From an uncultured Candidatus Actinomarina sp. (lineage in GTDB: Bacteria > Actinomycetota > Acidimicrobiia > Actinomarinales > Actinomarinaceae): a stretch of DNA of 64,000 nucleotides. The notes beneath the pieces are model-generated. The model saw nothing but the letters and a program-made list of their open reading frames with translations, was not told where the DNA came from and did not search any database. This document shows, piece after piece, positions 1 to 10,267 of the stretch (its first letter is position 1; each line of letters begins with the position of its first letter). The stretch is from assembly GCA_902625455.1 (NCBI GenBank), contig CACOBL010000004.1:14064-78063 (forward strand). Direction: 5' to 3'. The translations under genes and the position numbers were made by a program.

Positions 1-685
1 GGGATTATGGCTGAGTGAAACATTAGAAACTGTTTCGGCTCAAACAGGTTATGATGTTATTCAACTTGAAAATTCACTAATATCAGGAAACGTTAAGAGT
101 TCATATTTACCTGATAATGATTTTTCTAAATTACTAAATTGGGAAGGCTTACTTTTCCCAAACACTTACCAAATAGATATTGAAGCTAACGGTGAAGATA
201 TTTTGCAAATTCTTGCAAATGAATTAGAAAATAGATTCGAGAATTTACTTTCGGCTAACTCAATACCAGCATGGATTTCTTCTCCAAATGAATTTTTTAC
301 CATAGCAAGTTTGATTGAAGCTGAAGCAAAATTAGATGAAGATAGACCATTGGTTTCTTCAGTTATTAGAAACAGACTTGATCAAAATATGCTTTTACAA
401 ATAGATGCAACTGTACTTTATTCATTACAAAAAAGAAAAACACAAGTACTGTTAATTGATTTACAAGTAGACAGTCCTTACAATACCTATAAATATACAT
501 CACTTCCTCCAACACCTATTTCTGGATTTGGTGAAAAATCTATGGAAGCTATTTTTAATACACCAGAAAATCAATATATTTACTATCTATTAACAGATAT
601 AAATGGGAAGATGACTTTTACAGATAATTATGAAGAGTTTATTAATCTAAAAAATAAAGCTAAAGATGAAGGAGTGATTCCTTAA
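1..685 (+). CDS. mltG: Endolytic murein transglycosylase MltG (YceG family), 5'-truncated by window edge
   Basis: The reading frame is open from base 2 to the TAA at 683-685. Translation shows the YceG/MltG C-terminal region (EGLLFPNTYQID; PYNTYKYTSLPPTPISGFGE). The ORF-track M at 203 is internal. Confidence 0.8.
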   Translation, partial: GLWLSETLETVSAQTGYDVIQLENSLISGNVKSSYLPDNDFSKLLNWEGLLFPNTYQIDIEANGEDILQILANELENRFENLLSANSIPAWISSPNEFFTIASLIEAEAKLDEDRPLVSSVIRNRLDQNMLLQIDATVLYSLQKRKTQVLLIDLQVDSPYNTYKYTSLPPTPISGFGEKSMEAIFNTPENQYIYYLLTDINGKMTFTDNYEEFINLKNKAKDEGVIP

Positions 686-1242
686 TGGTTTCTACAAATG
701 ATATACGACCTGGGCAATCAATATTAGTTGATGGAATTATCTATCAGATAATTGAATACCAACATGTAAAACCTGGTAAAGGTAAAGCTTTTGTAAAAAC
801 TAAATTAAAAAATTTAACAAATGGTGGTGTATTAGATAAAACTTTTCGAGCTGATGAAGACGTTGAGCAAGCATATATTGATAAACAAACATTTCAATAT
901 CTATACAATGATTCAGATAAGTATTTCTTTATGAATGCTGATAGTTATGAACAAATTGAACTTTCTAAAGAAAATCTTAATAATAAAGAATTACTACTAA
1001 AGCCTAATCAAGAAGTTACACTGTCAATGTATATGGAAAAACCTATAGACATGCAACTTCCATCGACAATTTCATTATTAGTTACTCACTCAGAACCAGC
1101 AGTAAAAGGTGATTCAGTTAATTCCAACAGTAAAGAAGTGACTTGCGAAACTGGACTTAAAATTCAAGTTCCGATGTTTATAGAAGAAAACGATATTATA
1201 AAAATTGATACTAAATCTATAAGCTACGTTACAAGAGTATGA
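685..1242 (+). CDS. efp: Elongation factor P
   Basis: 185 aa with the EF-P KPGKG loop motif (VKPGKGKAFVKTKLKNL). TAATG overlap with mltG. efp-nusB are adjacent as in actinobacteria. Confidence 0.9.
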   Translation: MVSTNDIRPGQSILVDGIIYQIIEYQHVKPGKGKAFVKTKLKNLTNGGVLDKTFRADEDVEQAYIDKQTFQYLYNDSDKYFFMNADSYEQIELSKENLNNKELLLKPNQEVTLSMYMEKPIDMQLPSTISLLVTHSEPAVKGDSVNSNSKEVTCETGLKIQVPMFIEENDIIKIDTKSISYVTRV

Positions 1243-1604
1243 CGCACGATTTCAGACATTATTCTTTCAACTCCCTATTTTCTTTAAATAGTTATGAAGA
1301 CAAAATAGTACTTTTAGATAATGATTTATCAGAAAATCAACTTTTAAGAGCACAGCAATTAATACTTTTTTTTAATGAGAATGCAACGAATATTATTCAA
1401 ATAATAGAAAAATTATCAGATAATTGGTCATTTGAAAGAATTGCAAAGCCTGAAAAAACAGCTTTACTGCTTGGTATTGCTGAGTTAAAAATGAGATTAA
1501 CTCCAAGGAAAGTAATTATATCTGAATGGGTTAAATTAGTCGACAAGCATTCCTCCTCAGAAGGGGCAAAATTTGTTAATGCAGTCTTGGATAACTATGA
1601 ATGA
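1239..1604 (+). CDS. nusB: Transcription antitermination factor NusB
   Basis: 121 aa with the NusB C-terminal signature (AELKMRLTPRKVIISEWVKLV...AKFVNAVLD). ATGA overlap with efp. Confidence 0.85.
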   Translation: MTHDFRHYSFNSLFSLNSYEDKIVLLDNDLSENQLLRAQQLILFFNENATNIIQIIEKLSDNWSFERIAKPEKTALLLGIAELKMRLTPRKVIISEWVKLVDKHSSSEGAKFVNAVLDNYE

Positions 1605-1887
1605 ACGCCAGTTGATTCAATTTTTAGATCTTAAAAATTATAGAACATCCTTTATTGAATCATTTGATTCACAAGATACTGAAATTCAAAAAAAGCTAAT
1701 TGAAGCTTCTAAAGATATTAATTTACAGTCCATAAGAATTCATAAATATGTTACTCACAATGGCAATATAGGAAAGGTTGTATTTGCTAGATTTCTTGAT
1801 TCTATCGGATTAGATGAACAAACTCGTATCAAGGAATTGAATAATTCAAATATCAAAGATATAGTAAATTTTATAGAGAATATATGA
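1597..1887 (+). CDS. mihF: Small DNA-binding protein, probable mycobacterial-type integration host factor (mIHF)
   Basis: About 96 aa, positioned immediately upstream of gmk-rpoZ-coaBC as mihF is in actinobacteria. C-terminal helix-hairpin-like segment (GKVVFARFLDSIGLDEQTRIKEL). The ORF track starts at TTG 1573; ATG 1597 gives an 8-nt overlap with nusB and is preferred. Confidence 0.45.
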   Translation: MNERQLIQFLDLKNYRTSFIESFDSQDTEIQKKLIEASKDINLQSIRIHKYVTHNGNIGKVVFARFLDSIGLDEQTRIKELNNSNIKDIVNFIENI

Positions 1888-2414
1888 TAATAATTATAAC
1901 TGGTCCATCTGGAGTAGGAAAAAATACAATAATAAACGAACTCTCTAATCATATTAACTTTTACTTTTCAACTTCATTTACAACTAGACCAAGAAGAGAT
2001 AATGAAATAGAAGGTCAAGATTACTATTTCATTACTCATCAACGATTTAATGATCTGATTGATAAAAATCATATGCTCGAATATGAAGAATATGGAGGTT
2101 ATTTTTACGGTACACCAAAATCTGAAATTGATAGAGATGGAATTGTTATATTAGACCTAGAAGTTAATGGTGCTACAAAATTACTAAAATCTAATAGTGA
2201 TTATATAGGTATATTTATTGATATAAATGATGATGAATTAATAAACAGATTAGTTTCTAGAGGACACGATCAAGAGTTTATAAATAAACGAATGATTCTT
2301 GCAAATTCACAAAGAGAACATAAAGGTGAATACGATTACTACATAGAGAATCAGAATTTAAATACTGCAGTTAATAATATAATTGATATAATATGTAAGC
2401 TGGAGGAACAATGA
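1884..2414 (+). CDS. gmk: Guanylate kinase
   Basis: P-loop GPSGVGKNT plus the guanylate-kinase motif FSTSFTTRPRRDNEIEGQDYYF. Confidence 0.9.
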   Translation: MIIIITGPSGVGKNTIINELSNHINFYFSTSFTTRPRRDNEIEGQDYYFITHQRFNDLIDKNHMLEYEEYGGYFYGTPKSEIDRDGIVILDLEVNGATKLLKSNSDYIGIFIDINDDELINRLVSRGHDQEFINKRMILANSQREHKGEYDYYIENQNLNTAVNNIIDIICKLEEQ

Positions 2415-2638
2415 TAAAACCACCTATTGAAGAATTATTAAAAGAAACACCAGGTAGATTTGCTCTTGTTATTACCGCATCTAGAAGAGCAAGAGATATA
2501 AATTCATATTTTAATCAACTTGGAGAAGGAATTGGTGCATACACACCTCCGCAGGTTCAAAGTTTAAGCCGAAAACCTCTTACAGTAGCATTTGAAGAAA
2601 TCGCAGCAGGGAAAGTAGAAGTTTCCAAAGACAATTAA
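2411..2638 (+). CDS. rpoZ: DNA-directed RNA polymerase subunit omega
   Basis: 75 aa with the RpoZ core (RFALVITASRRARDIN). Conserved gmk-rpoZ order. Confidence 0.85.
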   Translation: MIKPPIEELLKETPGRFALVITASRRARDINSYFNQLGEGIGAYTPPQVQSLSRKPLTVAFEEIAAGKVEVSKDN

Positions 2639-3747
2639 TGAAAAAAAATGTGCTACTTGCTGTAACAGGTAGTATTGCTTGTTCTAAAGCTGAATTATTT
2701 ATAAAGCAGTACGGAAGCCTTTATAATTTTAAAGTAATATCTACATATAATGCCTTACAATTTCTAAGCGATGAATTTAAAAATAATAATCAAGTCTTAA
2801 GTGACTGGGGTGATTTAAAAGGAACTCCACATATAGAATTAGCAAGATGGGCTGATATTTTTTTGATTTACCCAGCTACTGCTAATGTTATCGCCAAAAT
2901 GGCAAATGGTATTGCAGATGATTTGCTAACTTCGACAACACTTATGTTTGGTTCTGGAATTTATATATGTCCAGCGATGCATGAAGAAATGTATTTAAAC
3001 AATACAACACAAAACAATCTAAAAAATCTGTCACAGGATAATTTTATAGTAGGTTCAAGATATGGAGATTTAGATATTGGTGATAGAGGTTACGGTAGAT
3101 TAATTGAACCTATTGATTTAAAGAATAATATTGAAAAAACATTGGGAAAGGTAATAGTGACATCTGGACCTACTATAGAAGCTATTGATGATGTTAAAGT
3201 AATTACAAATAAATCATCAGGTAAACAGGGAAGGGCAATAGCAATTGAACTTTCAGCTCGTGGTTATGAAACTATATATATTCATTCAAGTCAGATATTA
3301 CCAATACCGGGCATTCAGAATGTAGCCTTTACATCATCTTCAGAATTGCTTACAAAAATAAATGAAAACATAGATAATTGTGAATATTTGTTTATGACAG
3401 CAGCAGTTTCAGATTTCACAACGAAGAAAAAGAATGGAAAGATAAGTAGAGATTCAGGAAACATTCAACTTAATCTAAAACCAAATATTGATTTAGTGAA
3501 GACAATTAAAGATACAAATGAAGATATCGTCATTGTTGCATTTTCAGCTCAGATTAATGATGATCTTAATTTTGACAAAATTAAAAGTAAAAATTGCGAT
3601 TACTTAGTAATAAACAATATATTAAAAAATAACTTTGGAAGCGATCATAATAAAATAAAAATCATTAATAGGAAAGAACTTATATACGAATCGATTGAGA
3701 AGTCAAAATCAGATATAGCGTATGAGTTATTAGATGTATTACTTTAG
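2638..3747 (+). CDS. coaBC: Bifunctional phosphopantothenoylcysteine decarboxylase / phosphopantothenate-cysteine ligase
   Basis: 369 aa with an N-terminal flavoprotein domain (VLLAVTGSIACSK) and a C-terminal CoaB domain. Follows rpoZ as in actinobacteria. Confidence 0.9.
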   Translation: MKKNVLLAVTGSIACSKAELFIKQYGSLYNFKVISTYNALQFLSDEFKNNNQVLSDWGDLKGTPHIELARWADIFLIYPATANVIAKMANGIADDLLTSTTLMFGSGIYICPAMHEEMYLNNTTQNNLKNLSQDNFIVGSRYGDLDIGDRGYGRLIEPIDLKNNIEKTLGKVIVTSGPTIEAIDDVKVITNKSSGKQGRAIAIELSARGYETIYIHSSQILPIPGIQNVAFTSSSELLTKINENIDNCEYLFMTAAVSDFTTKKKNGKISRDSGNIQLNLKPNIDLVKTIKDTNEDIVIVAFSAQINDDLNFDKIKSKNCDYLVINNILKNNFGSDHNKIKIINRKELIYESIEKSKSDIAYELLDVLL

Positions 3748-3749
3748 CA

Positions 3750-5093
3750 ATGTTTGCTGATGTAGAAGTAGTTTCAAATAATACATACGGTTATAAGCAA
3801 TTTACTTACTCTATTCCTCATAAGTTTAAGCCAAAATTAAGTATTGGTTCCTTCGTGAAAGTTGAATTTAGAAATAAGATTGTTGACGCATTAGTTGTAA
3901 ATTTAAAATCAAAAACTGAAATAAAAAATGCAAAAAATATTTTAAAAGTATCAAATCTTACTCTTAATAATGAACAAGATCTGTATTGCAAATATATAGC
4001 ACTTTCTAACAGACTAAATTGTGGAATATTACTACACAACATAATTGATTTAGATAATTTAAGAAGACAAAATATTTTAAAAACAAAATCTGTTACAAAT
4101 ATAAATTTTCAAGAGTTTAATAATTTTAAGTTTGTAAATGATAATGTTTTTTTTGTGTCTTCAATTAAACAAGCGAATGAATTATCAAAAAATTTGAAAA
4201 ATAAACTAAAGATCGACTTTTATCAAAAATTTGGAGGGAAAGATGAACTTATTAATGTATTAAACAACAAAAAATACAGAAATATAATAATTCTTTCTAA
4301 TAATTTTGAAAAAGTAATATTAAACGATCATACTAATTATTTTTTTTATGACAGTAATTCTCCCTCTTATAAGTTGCCAAAATTAAATAATCTGAGCATT
4401 GTTGAGTCATCTTATCTGAAAAATCATATATTTGGAGGTAAGTTTATTTATATAAATGAATTTCCCAATTTGGAATTCAATGATTTTTATCAATTTAATA
4501 TTGAAGAGATAGACTATGGAATTGAATATTATTTTTCAAATAATTTAAAAGATAATTTAGAGTTACTTAATCATAAATATCCAAATAAAGTTTTCAAAGT
4601 CTACTCAAAAGAATCATTTGCAGAAAATAAAAATATTTCACAACATGATGATATAAATAATAAAGAAGTAAATACAGTTATAATAAATAATCCAACTATA
4701 TCTTCGAAAGGTCTTCTTAATTCTTACAAATTAATATCACTTCTAAGAACATTAAACTTTTGTATTAAAAACAATTTAAAAATCATAATTTTCAATAATA
4801 AAAAATTGAATATAGAAAGTTCATTAAATAGCTTATCTTTAACTAAGTGGGCAAATAAGGAGTTAGAAACTAGATTAAAATATGGACCAAACAAGTTGTT
4901 AAAAGTTTTTCAATTTGAATTACAACAAAAACTCGAAGATAGTGATGAATTGGTTCTTGGTCCTATAAAAACTGAAAGCGGTTTCAAGTATGAAGTTCAA
5001 ATAAAATTATCAAAAGATGTAAATTATATAAAATTTATAAATCTATTTAAAAGTCTTAATAAAATTGATTTAACAAGAGTAAGGTATATTTAA
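3750..5093 (+). CDS. PriA-like protein: N-terminal 3'-DNA-binding-domain-like and C-terminal PriA-CTD-like segments, helicase core absent or degenerate
   Basis: The N-terminus (VEVVSNNTYGYKQFTYSIPHKFKPKLSIGSFVKVEFRNKIVDALVV) follows the PriA N-terminal pattern. The C-terminus (LVLGPIKTESGFKYEVQIKLSK) resembles the PriA C-terminal domain. It sits in the conserved priA position (coaBC ... def-fmt). No Walker A (GxxxxGK[ST]), no DExH box and no Cys-rich zinc finger. The body is N/K-rich low complexity. Confidence 0.4.
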   Translation: MFADVEVVSNNTYGYKQFTYSIPHKFKPKLSIGSFVKVEFRNKIVDALVVNLKSKTEIKNAKNILKVSNLTLNNEQDLYCKYIALSNRLNCGILLHNIIDLDNLRRQNILKTKSVTNINFQEFNNFKFVNDNVFFVSSIKQANELSKNLKNKLKIDFYQKFGGKDELINVLNNKKYRNIIILSNNFEKVILNDHTNYFFYDSNSPSYKLPKLNNLSIVESSYLKNHIFGGKFIYINEFPNLEFNDFYQFNIEEIDYGIEYYFSNNLKDNLELLNHKYPNKVFKVYSKESFAENKNISQHDDINNKEVNTVIINNPTISSKGLLNSYKLISLLRTLNFCIKNNLKIIIFNNKKLNIESSLNSLSLTKWANKELETRLKYGPNKLLKVFQFELQQKLEDSDELVLGPIKTESGFKYEVQIKLSKDVNYIKFINLFKSLNKIDLTRVRYI

Positions 5094-5587
5094 TGAATGA
5101 TATAGTTGTCTTCGGTCATCCATCATTAACAAGTAAATCAGAAAATATAATCAATATAGATGATTATGTTGTTAATTTATCAAAAAAGATGATCGATATT
5201 ATGTATGCTGCTCCAGGGGTTGGTTTAGCTGCGCCTCAAATAGGTATAAATAAAAATATATTTGTATTTGATGCTGGAGATGGGCCTAAAGTTGCTATAA
5301 ATCCAAAACTTGTTAAAACCGAAGGTTCTATAGTATTTATGGAAGGATGTCTATCATTACCAGGCTATTATTGGGATATTGAAAGACATGAATACGCTAA
5401 AATACAATGTCTCAATGAAAATGGTGATGAAACAATATATGAAGGTGACGAACTGATGGGTCGAGTGTTGCAACATGAACTTGATCATTTGAAAGGAAAA
5501 TTACTTCTCAAATCTATGACACGAAAACAACGAAAAGAAGCTTTGAAGGAAATTTCAATTAAAGGTTTTCCTGGTGATAAAATATAA
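5093..5587 (+). CDS. def: Peptide deformylase
   Basis: The three PDF motifs are present (GVGLAAPQIG, EGCLSLPG, QHELDHL). Confidence 0.9.
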   Translation: MNDIVVFGHPSLTSKSENIINIDDYVVNLSKKMIDIMYAAPGVGLAAPQIGINKNIFVFDAGDGPKVAINPKLVKTEGSIVFMEGCLSLPGYYWDIERHEYAKIQCLNENGDETIYEGDELMGRVLQHELDHLKGKLLLKSMTRKQRKEALKEISIKGFPGDKI

Positions 5588-6386
5588 ATATTTTTTCGGT
5601 TCAGATAAACGAAGCTTAAATTTTCTAAATACTATTTATACACAGTACAACAAAGTTAAAGTTGTAACCCTTGAACCAAAGAAAACTGGTCGAGGTAGAA
5701 AAATCACATCCAATCCAGTTCAAATTTACTGTGAACAAAATGATATTGAATATTCATACTATCAAGAGGAAAATATATATGAAGATATGGAGTATGGAAT
5801 AGTTGCTAGTTTTGCAAAAATTTTTACAAATAATTTTATAACTAACAATAAACCACTATTTAATATACATTTGAGTTTGCTCCCAAAATACAAAGGACCT
5901 ACTCCAGTTGAAAGTGCTCTATTAAATTTAGAAAAATTTTCGGGTTATACAATTTTTAAAATAAATAAAAATGTTGATACTGGAGATATTATTTATCAAA
6001 AAACATTAAATATAGAAGGTAAATATGCAACAGAGGTTTATGAACAAATTTATGAATCTTTTCATATTGATATTTTGAATATAGATTTTTACAAAAAAGG
6101 CCAAATTCAAGAAAATATTGTTTCTAATACAAGAAAATTTTTTAAAGAAGATTTTAATATTCAAGAATTAACTATTCAAAATGCTAAATCAAAAATAAGG
6201 GCTTTCGACTATCTAGGTCCTGCTTTTATAAAATATAACAATATAAATTTAAAAATTCTTAACTACAGTGAAATTGAGCAAGGAAGTAGTATTGAACTAA
6301 GTGATGGATTATTGTACCCACTAAATGTAATTCCGGAAGGTAAAAGTAAAATGCTATTTGAAGACTATTTAAGAGGACTTAAATGA
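5574..6386 (+). CDS. fmt: Methionyl-tRNA formyltransferase (short form)
   Basis: Formyltransferase N-domain (FFGSDKRS..., LLPKYKGPTPVESALLN). def-fmt adjacency. At 270 aa it is shorter than typical Fmt. Confidence 0.75.
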   Translation: MIKYKYFFGSDKRSLNFLNTIYTQYNKVKVVTLEPKKTGRGRKITSNPVQIYCEQNDIEYSYYQEENIYEDMEYGIVASFAKIFTNNFITNNKPLFNIHLSLLPKYKGPTPVESALLNLEKFSGYTIFKINKNVDTGDIIYQKTLNIEGKYATEVYEQIYESFHIDILNIDFYKKGQIQENIVSNTRKFFKEDFNIQELTIQNAKSKIRAFDYLGPAFIKYNNINLKILNYSEIEQGSSIELSDGLLYPLNVIPEGKSKMLFEDYLRGLK

Positions 6387-6970
6387 TCATTTCGGCAAGT
6401 ATTCAAGCAGCAGATCAACTAAACATTTTACAGAGTATTCAACAACATTCATCTGAGTTTGACCAAATACATGTTGATATTACTGATGGTCATTTCACAA
6501 ATAATATTTCTATGTCATTTAGTCACATCAAAGAAGTGAAGAATCAAACTGATTACAAAGTAGACGTACAATTAATGGTTGAAGATAATGTAAAACTTGC
6601 TCCATTAGCATTTGCACATGGAGCAGATTTAGTATCAATTCATCTTGAATCAACACCTATTAAAGACTTTATTAATTTAAGTAATGAATTTACAAACCTT
6701 GGTGTTGCTACATTGCCAAATACTGATAATTCAAAATTAGATGAATATTTAGAATATTCTTCAGCCGTTTTATTTTTAGGCGTAAATCCTGGGTTTTCAA
6801 ATCAAGGTCAGTCTGTAGATTTAATTGATAAAATTAAGAATTTTAAAGTTTTATATCCCAAATATGATGGATTAATAATTGCAGATGGTGGCATTCAGAA
6901 GAACCACTTAAACTCACTAGAGAATATTGGAGTAGATATAGCTGTTCAAGGTGGAGCAATTTTTGGCTGA
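6383..6970 (+). CDS. rpe: Ribulose-phosphate 3-epimerase
   Basis: Rpe motifs (HVDITDGHF, VDVQLMVEDN). fmt-rpe-ribD synteny as in Mycobacterium. Confidence 0.8.
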   Translation: MIISASIQAADQLNILQSIQQHSSEFDQIHVDITDGHFTNNISMSFSHIKEVKNQTDYKVDVQLMVEDNVKLAPLAFAHGADLVSIHLESTPIKDFINLSNEFTNLGVATLPNTDNSKLDEYLEYSSAVLFLGVNPGFSNQGQSVDLIDKIKNFKVLYPKYDGLIIADGGIQKNHLNSLENIGVDIAVQGGAIFG

Positions 6971-7997
6971 CCCTTCACACTTTTTAGAATATCCAAATAG
7001 CATGTATTTGGCTGTAATTGAGGCATTAAAAGCTGAAACATTTCCTAATCCTAAAGTTGGTGCCGTACTGTTAAACAAGAATAATAAAGTAAAAGCAATA
7101 GGGCATCATAAGGGTAAAGGTACAAATCATGCAGAAATTGAGATAATTAATAATACATCAATAGAATCTACTGATACTTTATATGTAACTTTGGAACCTT
7201 GTTTTCATACAGACTCATCACCTTCCTGCGCTGATGAACTTTTAAAAACTGAAATTCAAAACGTTGTAATAGGTGACATTGATTCTGATAAAAGAACCTC
7301 TGGAAAAAGTATTGAAAAACTCAAAAACAATGGTTTAAATGTTACGTTAATTGAAGGTGTGAACAATTTTGTAAATCCAAACTATAACAAAAAAAACTAT
7401 GGTGACAAATCTATTACCTACATAGGGAAAATAGCTACGAGCAGTGACAATAAAATTTTTGATTACTCTAATTCATCTAAATATATTACGAATTCTGAAT
7501 CACTTGATTTTACCCATTTACTTAGATCAACTGTTGACGCTATTTTGATAGGTAAAAATACACTCATAACAGATAACCCTCAGTTAAACATAAGACTAAA
7601 CCCGCTTAGCCATATTGATATCTATAAATATGTTCTTTGGGGGAATGATCGTAATGACATAGAGAAATATGCAAAAAAACATAGTGAAAAATTATTTTTA
7701 ACATCTTTTGATAACAAGTTATCTAATGTTGTTAATATCAATAACTTAACTTTTGAAAATTTAGACTCCCACATGAAGAATCAAAATATAAATTCATTAT
7801 TGGTTGAGGGAGGAAATTATGTACATAAATTATTCACTTCTTCACAAATATACGATTATTTTTATAAATTTGTATCAGAAAATACAATCATAGAAGGATT
7901 ATCCATTGACAATCATATTCTTGAATATTTGATGAACGATTTGATTCAGATTAAGGAAATTCAACTTAAAGATAATTCATTACACATTTATAATTAG
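6951..7997 (+). CDS. ribD: Bifunctional riboflavin biosynthesis deaminase/reductase RibD
   Basis: CMP/dCMP deaminase zinc motifs (HAE...LEPCFHTDSSPSC) followed by a RibD reductase domain. Overlaps rpe by 20 nt. Confidence 0.85.
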   Translation: MEQFLADPSHFLEYPNSMYLAVIEALKAETFPNPKVGAVLLNKNNKVKAIGHHKGKGTNHAEIEIINNTSIESTDTLYVTLEPCFHTDSSPSCADELLKTEIQNVVIGDIDSDKRTSGKSIEKLKNNGLNVTLIEGVNNFVNPNYNKKNYGDKSITYIGKIATSSDNKIFDYSNSSKYITNSESLDFTHLLRSTVDAILIGKNTLITDNPQLNIRLNPLSHIDIYKYVLWGNDRNDIEKYAKKHSEKLFLTSFDNKLSNVVNINNLTFENLDSHMKNQNINSLLVEGGNYVHKLFTSSQIYDYFYKFVSENTIIEGLSIDNHILEYLMNDLIQIKEIQLKDNSLHIYN

Positions 7998-8002
7998 TTT
8001 AC

Positions 8003-8578
8003 ATGTTCACTGGAATTGTAAAATCTGTAGGAAGTGTAAAAACACTCGAAGAAGATCATTTATTGATCTCAACTGATGACGATAATTTTTATAATCTAGA
8101 AACAGGGACAAGTATATCAATAGATGGATGTTGCTTAACGCTAAGAGAATATATTGGCAAGGACTTACTATTTCAAATATCTGATGAGACAATATCAAGA
8201 ACATCTCTTAATAAAGATCACTGCGGATTTGTAAATATGGAGTTGCCTTTAACTGTAAATTCTCTTCTTAGCGGTCATATTGTACAAGGACATGTTGATG
8301 GAGTTATTGAGTTAGATGAAGTTACTAAGTTAGATAATGAGTTATGGAATTTTCATTTTAAATATGCTGATGAAAAATATATTGTAGATAAAGGATCTAT
8401 TACAATTAATGGAATATCTTTAACTGTAGTAGAACCAGATAAAGATAAATTTAGTGTTGCTGTTATTGAAGAAACTTATAAAAGAACCAACTTAAAAAAT
8501 TTAAAAATAAATAGCTCAGTTAATGTTGAGTACGATATTGTAATAAAGTATTTAGAGAAATTAAATTATGATAAGTGA
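8003..8578 (+). CDS. ribE: Riboflavin synthase alpha subunit
   Basis: MFTGIV N-terminus and the duplicated lumazine-binding repeat typical of riboflavin synthase. Confidence 0.85.
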   Translation: MFTGIVKSVGSVKTLEEDHLLISTDDDNFYNLETGTSISIDGCCLTLREYIGKDLLFQISDETISRTSLNKDHCGFVNMELPLTVNSLLSGHIVQGHVDGVIELDEVTKLDNELWNFHFKYADEKYIVDKGSITINGISLTVVEPDKDKFSVAVIEETYKRTNLKNLKINSSVNVEYDIVIKYLEKLNYDK

Positions 8579-9770
8579 CATAAAAGAAATAATTAACCTT
8601 TTTTCAAAAGGGGAAATGATAATTCTCATCGACGATGAAGAACGTGAGAATGAAGGAGACTTAGTTATATCATCTAAGTACTTGACTTCAGACCATATAA
8701 ATTTCATGATTACTTACGGTAAAGGTTTAGTTTGTGCTCCAATTTCTTCTTCTATTGCAAAAAAATTGAAATTGCCACTTATGGAAGGTGTGAATAACGA
8801 AATGCAAACACCATATACACATTCAGTTGATTTAAAGGGTGATGGTGTTACTACTGGAATCTCTGCTGAAGACAGATTTAAAACTATTAAAGGTTTAGCA
8901 AGTGACGATTCAACGCGTGAATCATTTAATGTACCGGGTCATATCTTTCCTTTACAAGCAATGGATGGGGGTGTACTTAGGAGAGCAGGCCATACAGAAG
9001 CAGCTGTTGATTTATGTACAATTTCAAATCACAAACAAGTTGCAGTTATATGTGAAATTATAAATGAAGATGGAACAATGGCTAGATTAGAAGATTTAAT
9101 TAAATTTTCTCAAGTTCATAAAATTCCAATAGGTACAATTAAAGACCTTATACAATATCGACTTGATTCATCTAACCCGGTTGAATTTGTTTCAAAATCT
9201 AAGATACCAACAGACTACGGTGAATTTATGGGTCATGTTTTTAAAGATAATGTAGACAATACAGAACATATCGCTTTAACTTTTGGCGATTATTTGTCAG
9301 GAGAAGACACAATGGTTCGCGTACATTCAGAGTGTTTAACAGGTGATACTCTTTTTTCAAAAAAATGTGATTGTGGCTCACAACTTTCAACCGCACTTGA
9401 AGCTATATCTAATAATAGAAGCGGTGTCTTACTTTATATGAGAGGTCACGAAGGAAGAGGTATTGGTCTTGGAAATAAAATAAAAGCTTATTCACTTCAA
9501 GATGATGGTGAAGATACTGTTGATGCAAATTTAAAACTTGGTTTTAAAAATGATCAGCGTGATTATGGAACTGGTGCTTTGATTTTAAGAAATCTAGGAA
9601 TAACTAATATGAATCTATTAACAAACAATCCTTCCAAAAGAGCTGGTTTAGAAGGGTACGGTTTAAATATTACGAAAAGAACTCCACTTTTAGGCAAACA
9701 AACACCTGAAAATTCTAAATATCTCGAAACTAAAAAAGATAAGATGGGTCATGATTTCGATGAAGAGTAA
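8568..9770 (+). CDS. ribBA: Bifunctional 3,4-dihydroxy-2-butanone-4-phosphate synthase / GTP cyclohydrolase II
   Basis: 400 aa with a DHBP synthase N-domain ([12 protein letters not shown]) and a GTP cyclohydrolase II C-domain (CxxGxxxxC...[11 protein letters not shown]). Confidence 0.9.
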   Translation: MISDIKEIINLFSKGEMIILIDDEERENEGDLVISSKYLTSDHINFMITYGKGLVCAPISSSIAKKLKLPLMEGVNNEMQTPYTHSVDLKGDGVTTGISAEDRFKTIKGLASDDSTRESFNVPGHIFPLQAMDGGVLRRAGHTEAAVDLCTISNHKQVAVICEIINEDGTMARLEDLIKFSQVHKIPIGTIKDLIQYRLDSSNPVEFVSKSKIPTDYGEFMGHVFKDNVDNTEHIALTFGDYLSGEDTMVRVHSECLTGDTLFSKKCDCGSQLSTALEAISNNRSGVLLYMRGHEGRGIGLGNKIKAYSLQDDGEDTVDANLKLGFKNDQRDYGTGALILRNLGITNMNLLTNNPSKRAGLEGYGLNITKRTPLLGKQTPENSKYLETKKDKMGHDFDEE

Positions 9771-10158
9771 TGTTGCTATTGTAGTTTCTGATTATTACGA
9801 AGATATATCTAACGGATTAGTTGATGGTTTTACTAACTCTTTAGATCCAAAATTTACAATTGACACTCATAATGTAACTGGAGCATGGGAAATTGTTCAT
9901 AAAATTAACTCTCTTACAGATGAATATGATAAGTTTGTTGCAATAGGTGCAATTATTAAAGGTGGTACAGATCACTACGAATATATTTCAAAAGGAGTAA
10001 TAGATGGATTAATAAAATTGACGATTGACAAAAATATATATATTGCAAATTGTGTTTTAAATGTTCATGATATAAATGATGCTTATGATAGATCTAAAGA
10101 AGACGCTAACAATAAAGGATCTCAAGCTGCATTTGCTATAAATAATCTTTTTACTTAA
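9751..10158 (+). CDS. ribH: 6,7-dimethyl-8-ribityllumazine synthase
   Basis: 135-aa lumazine-synthase fold (VAIVVSDYY...GAWEIV...[14 protein letters not shown]). Last gene of the rib operon. Confidence 0.8.
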   Translation: MISMKSNVAIVVSDYYEDISNGLVDGFTNSLDPKFTIDTHNVTGAWEIVHKINSLTDEYDKFVAIGAIIKGGTDHYEYISKGVIDGLIKLTIDKNIYIANCVLNVHDINDAYDRSKEDANNKGSQAAFAINNLFT

Positions 10159-10233
10159 TTTATTTAGTATTTACGTTATAATTTAATCAAGCGAACATTG
10201 TTCCACCTACTGTGAATAATAGTAAGGTTAAAC

Positions 10234-10258
10234 AAACGGCTTCGTGCCGTTTTTTTTA
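10234..10258 (+). terminator. Rho-independent terminator downstream of the rib operon
   Basis: Hairpin AAACGGC-ttcg-GCCGTTT followed by a T7 run. Confidence 0.6.
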
Positions 10259-10267
10259 TGAAAGGGG

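Noticed and set aside
5574-8003. FMN riboswitch (RFN element) expected upstream of the rib genes
   Set aside because: rpe, ribD, ribE, ribBA and ribH are overlapping or contiguous with fmt. There is no non-coding space and no conserved RFN-like GC-rich structure.
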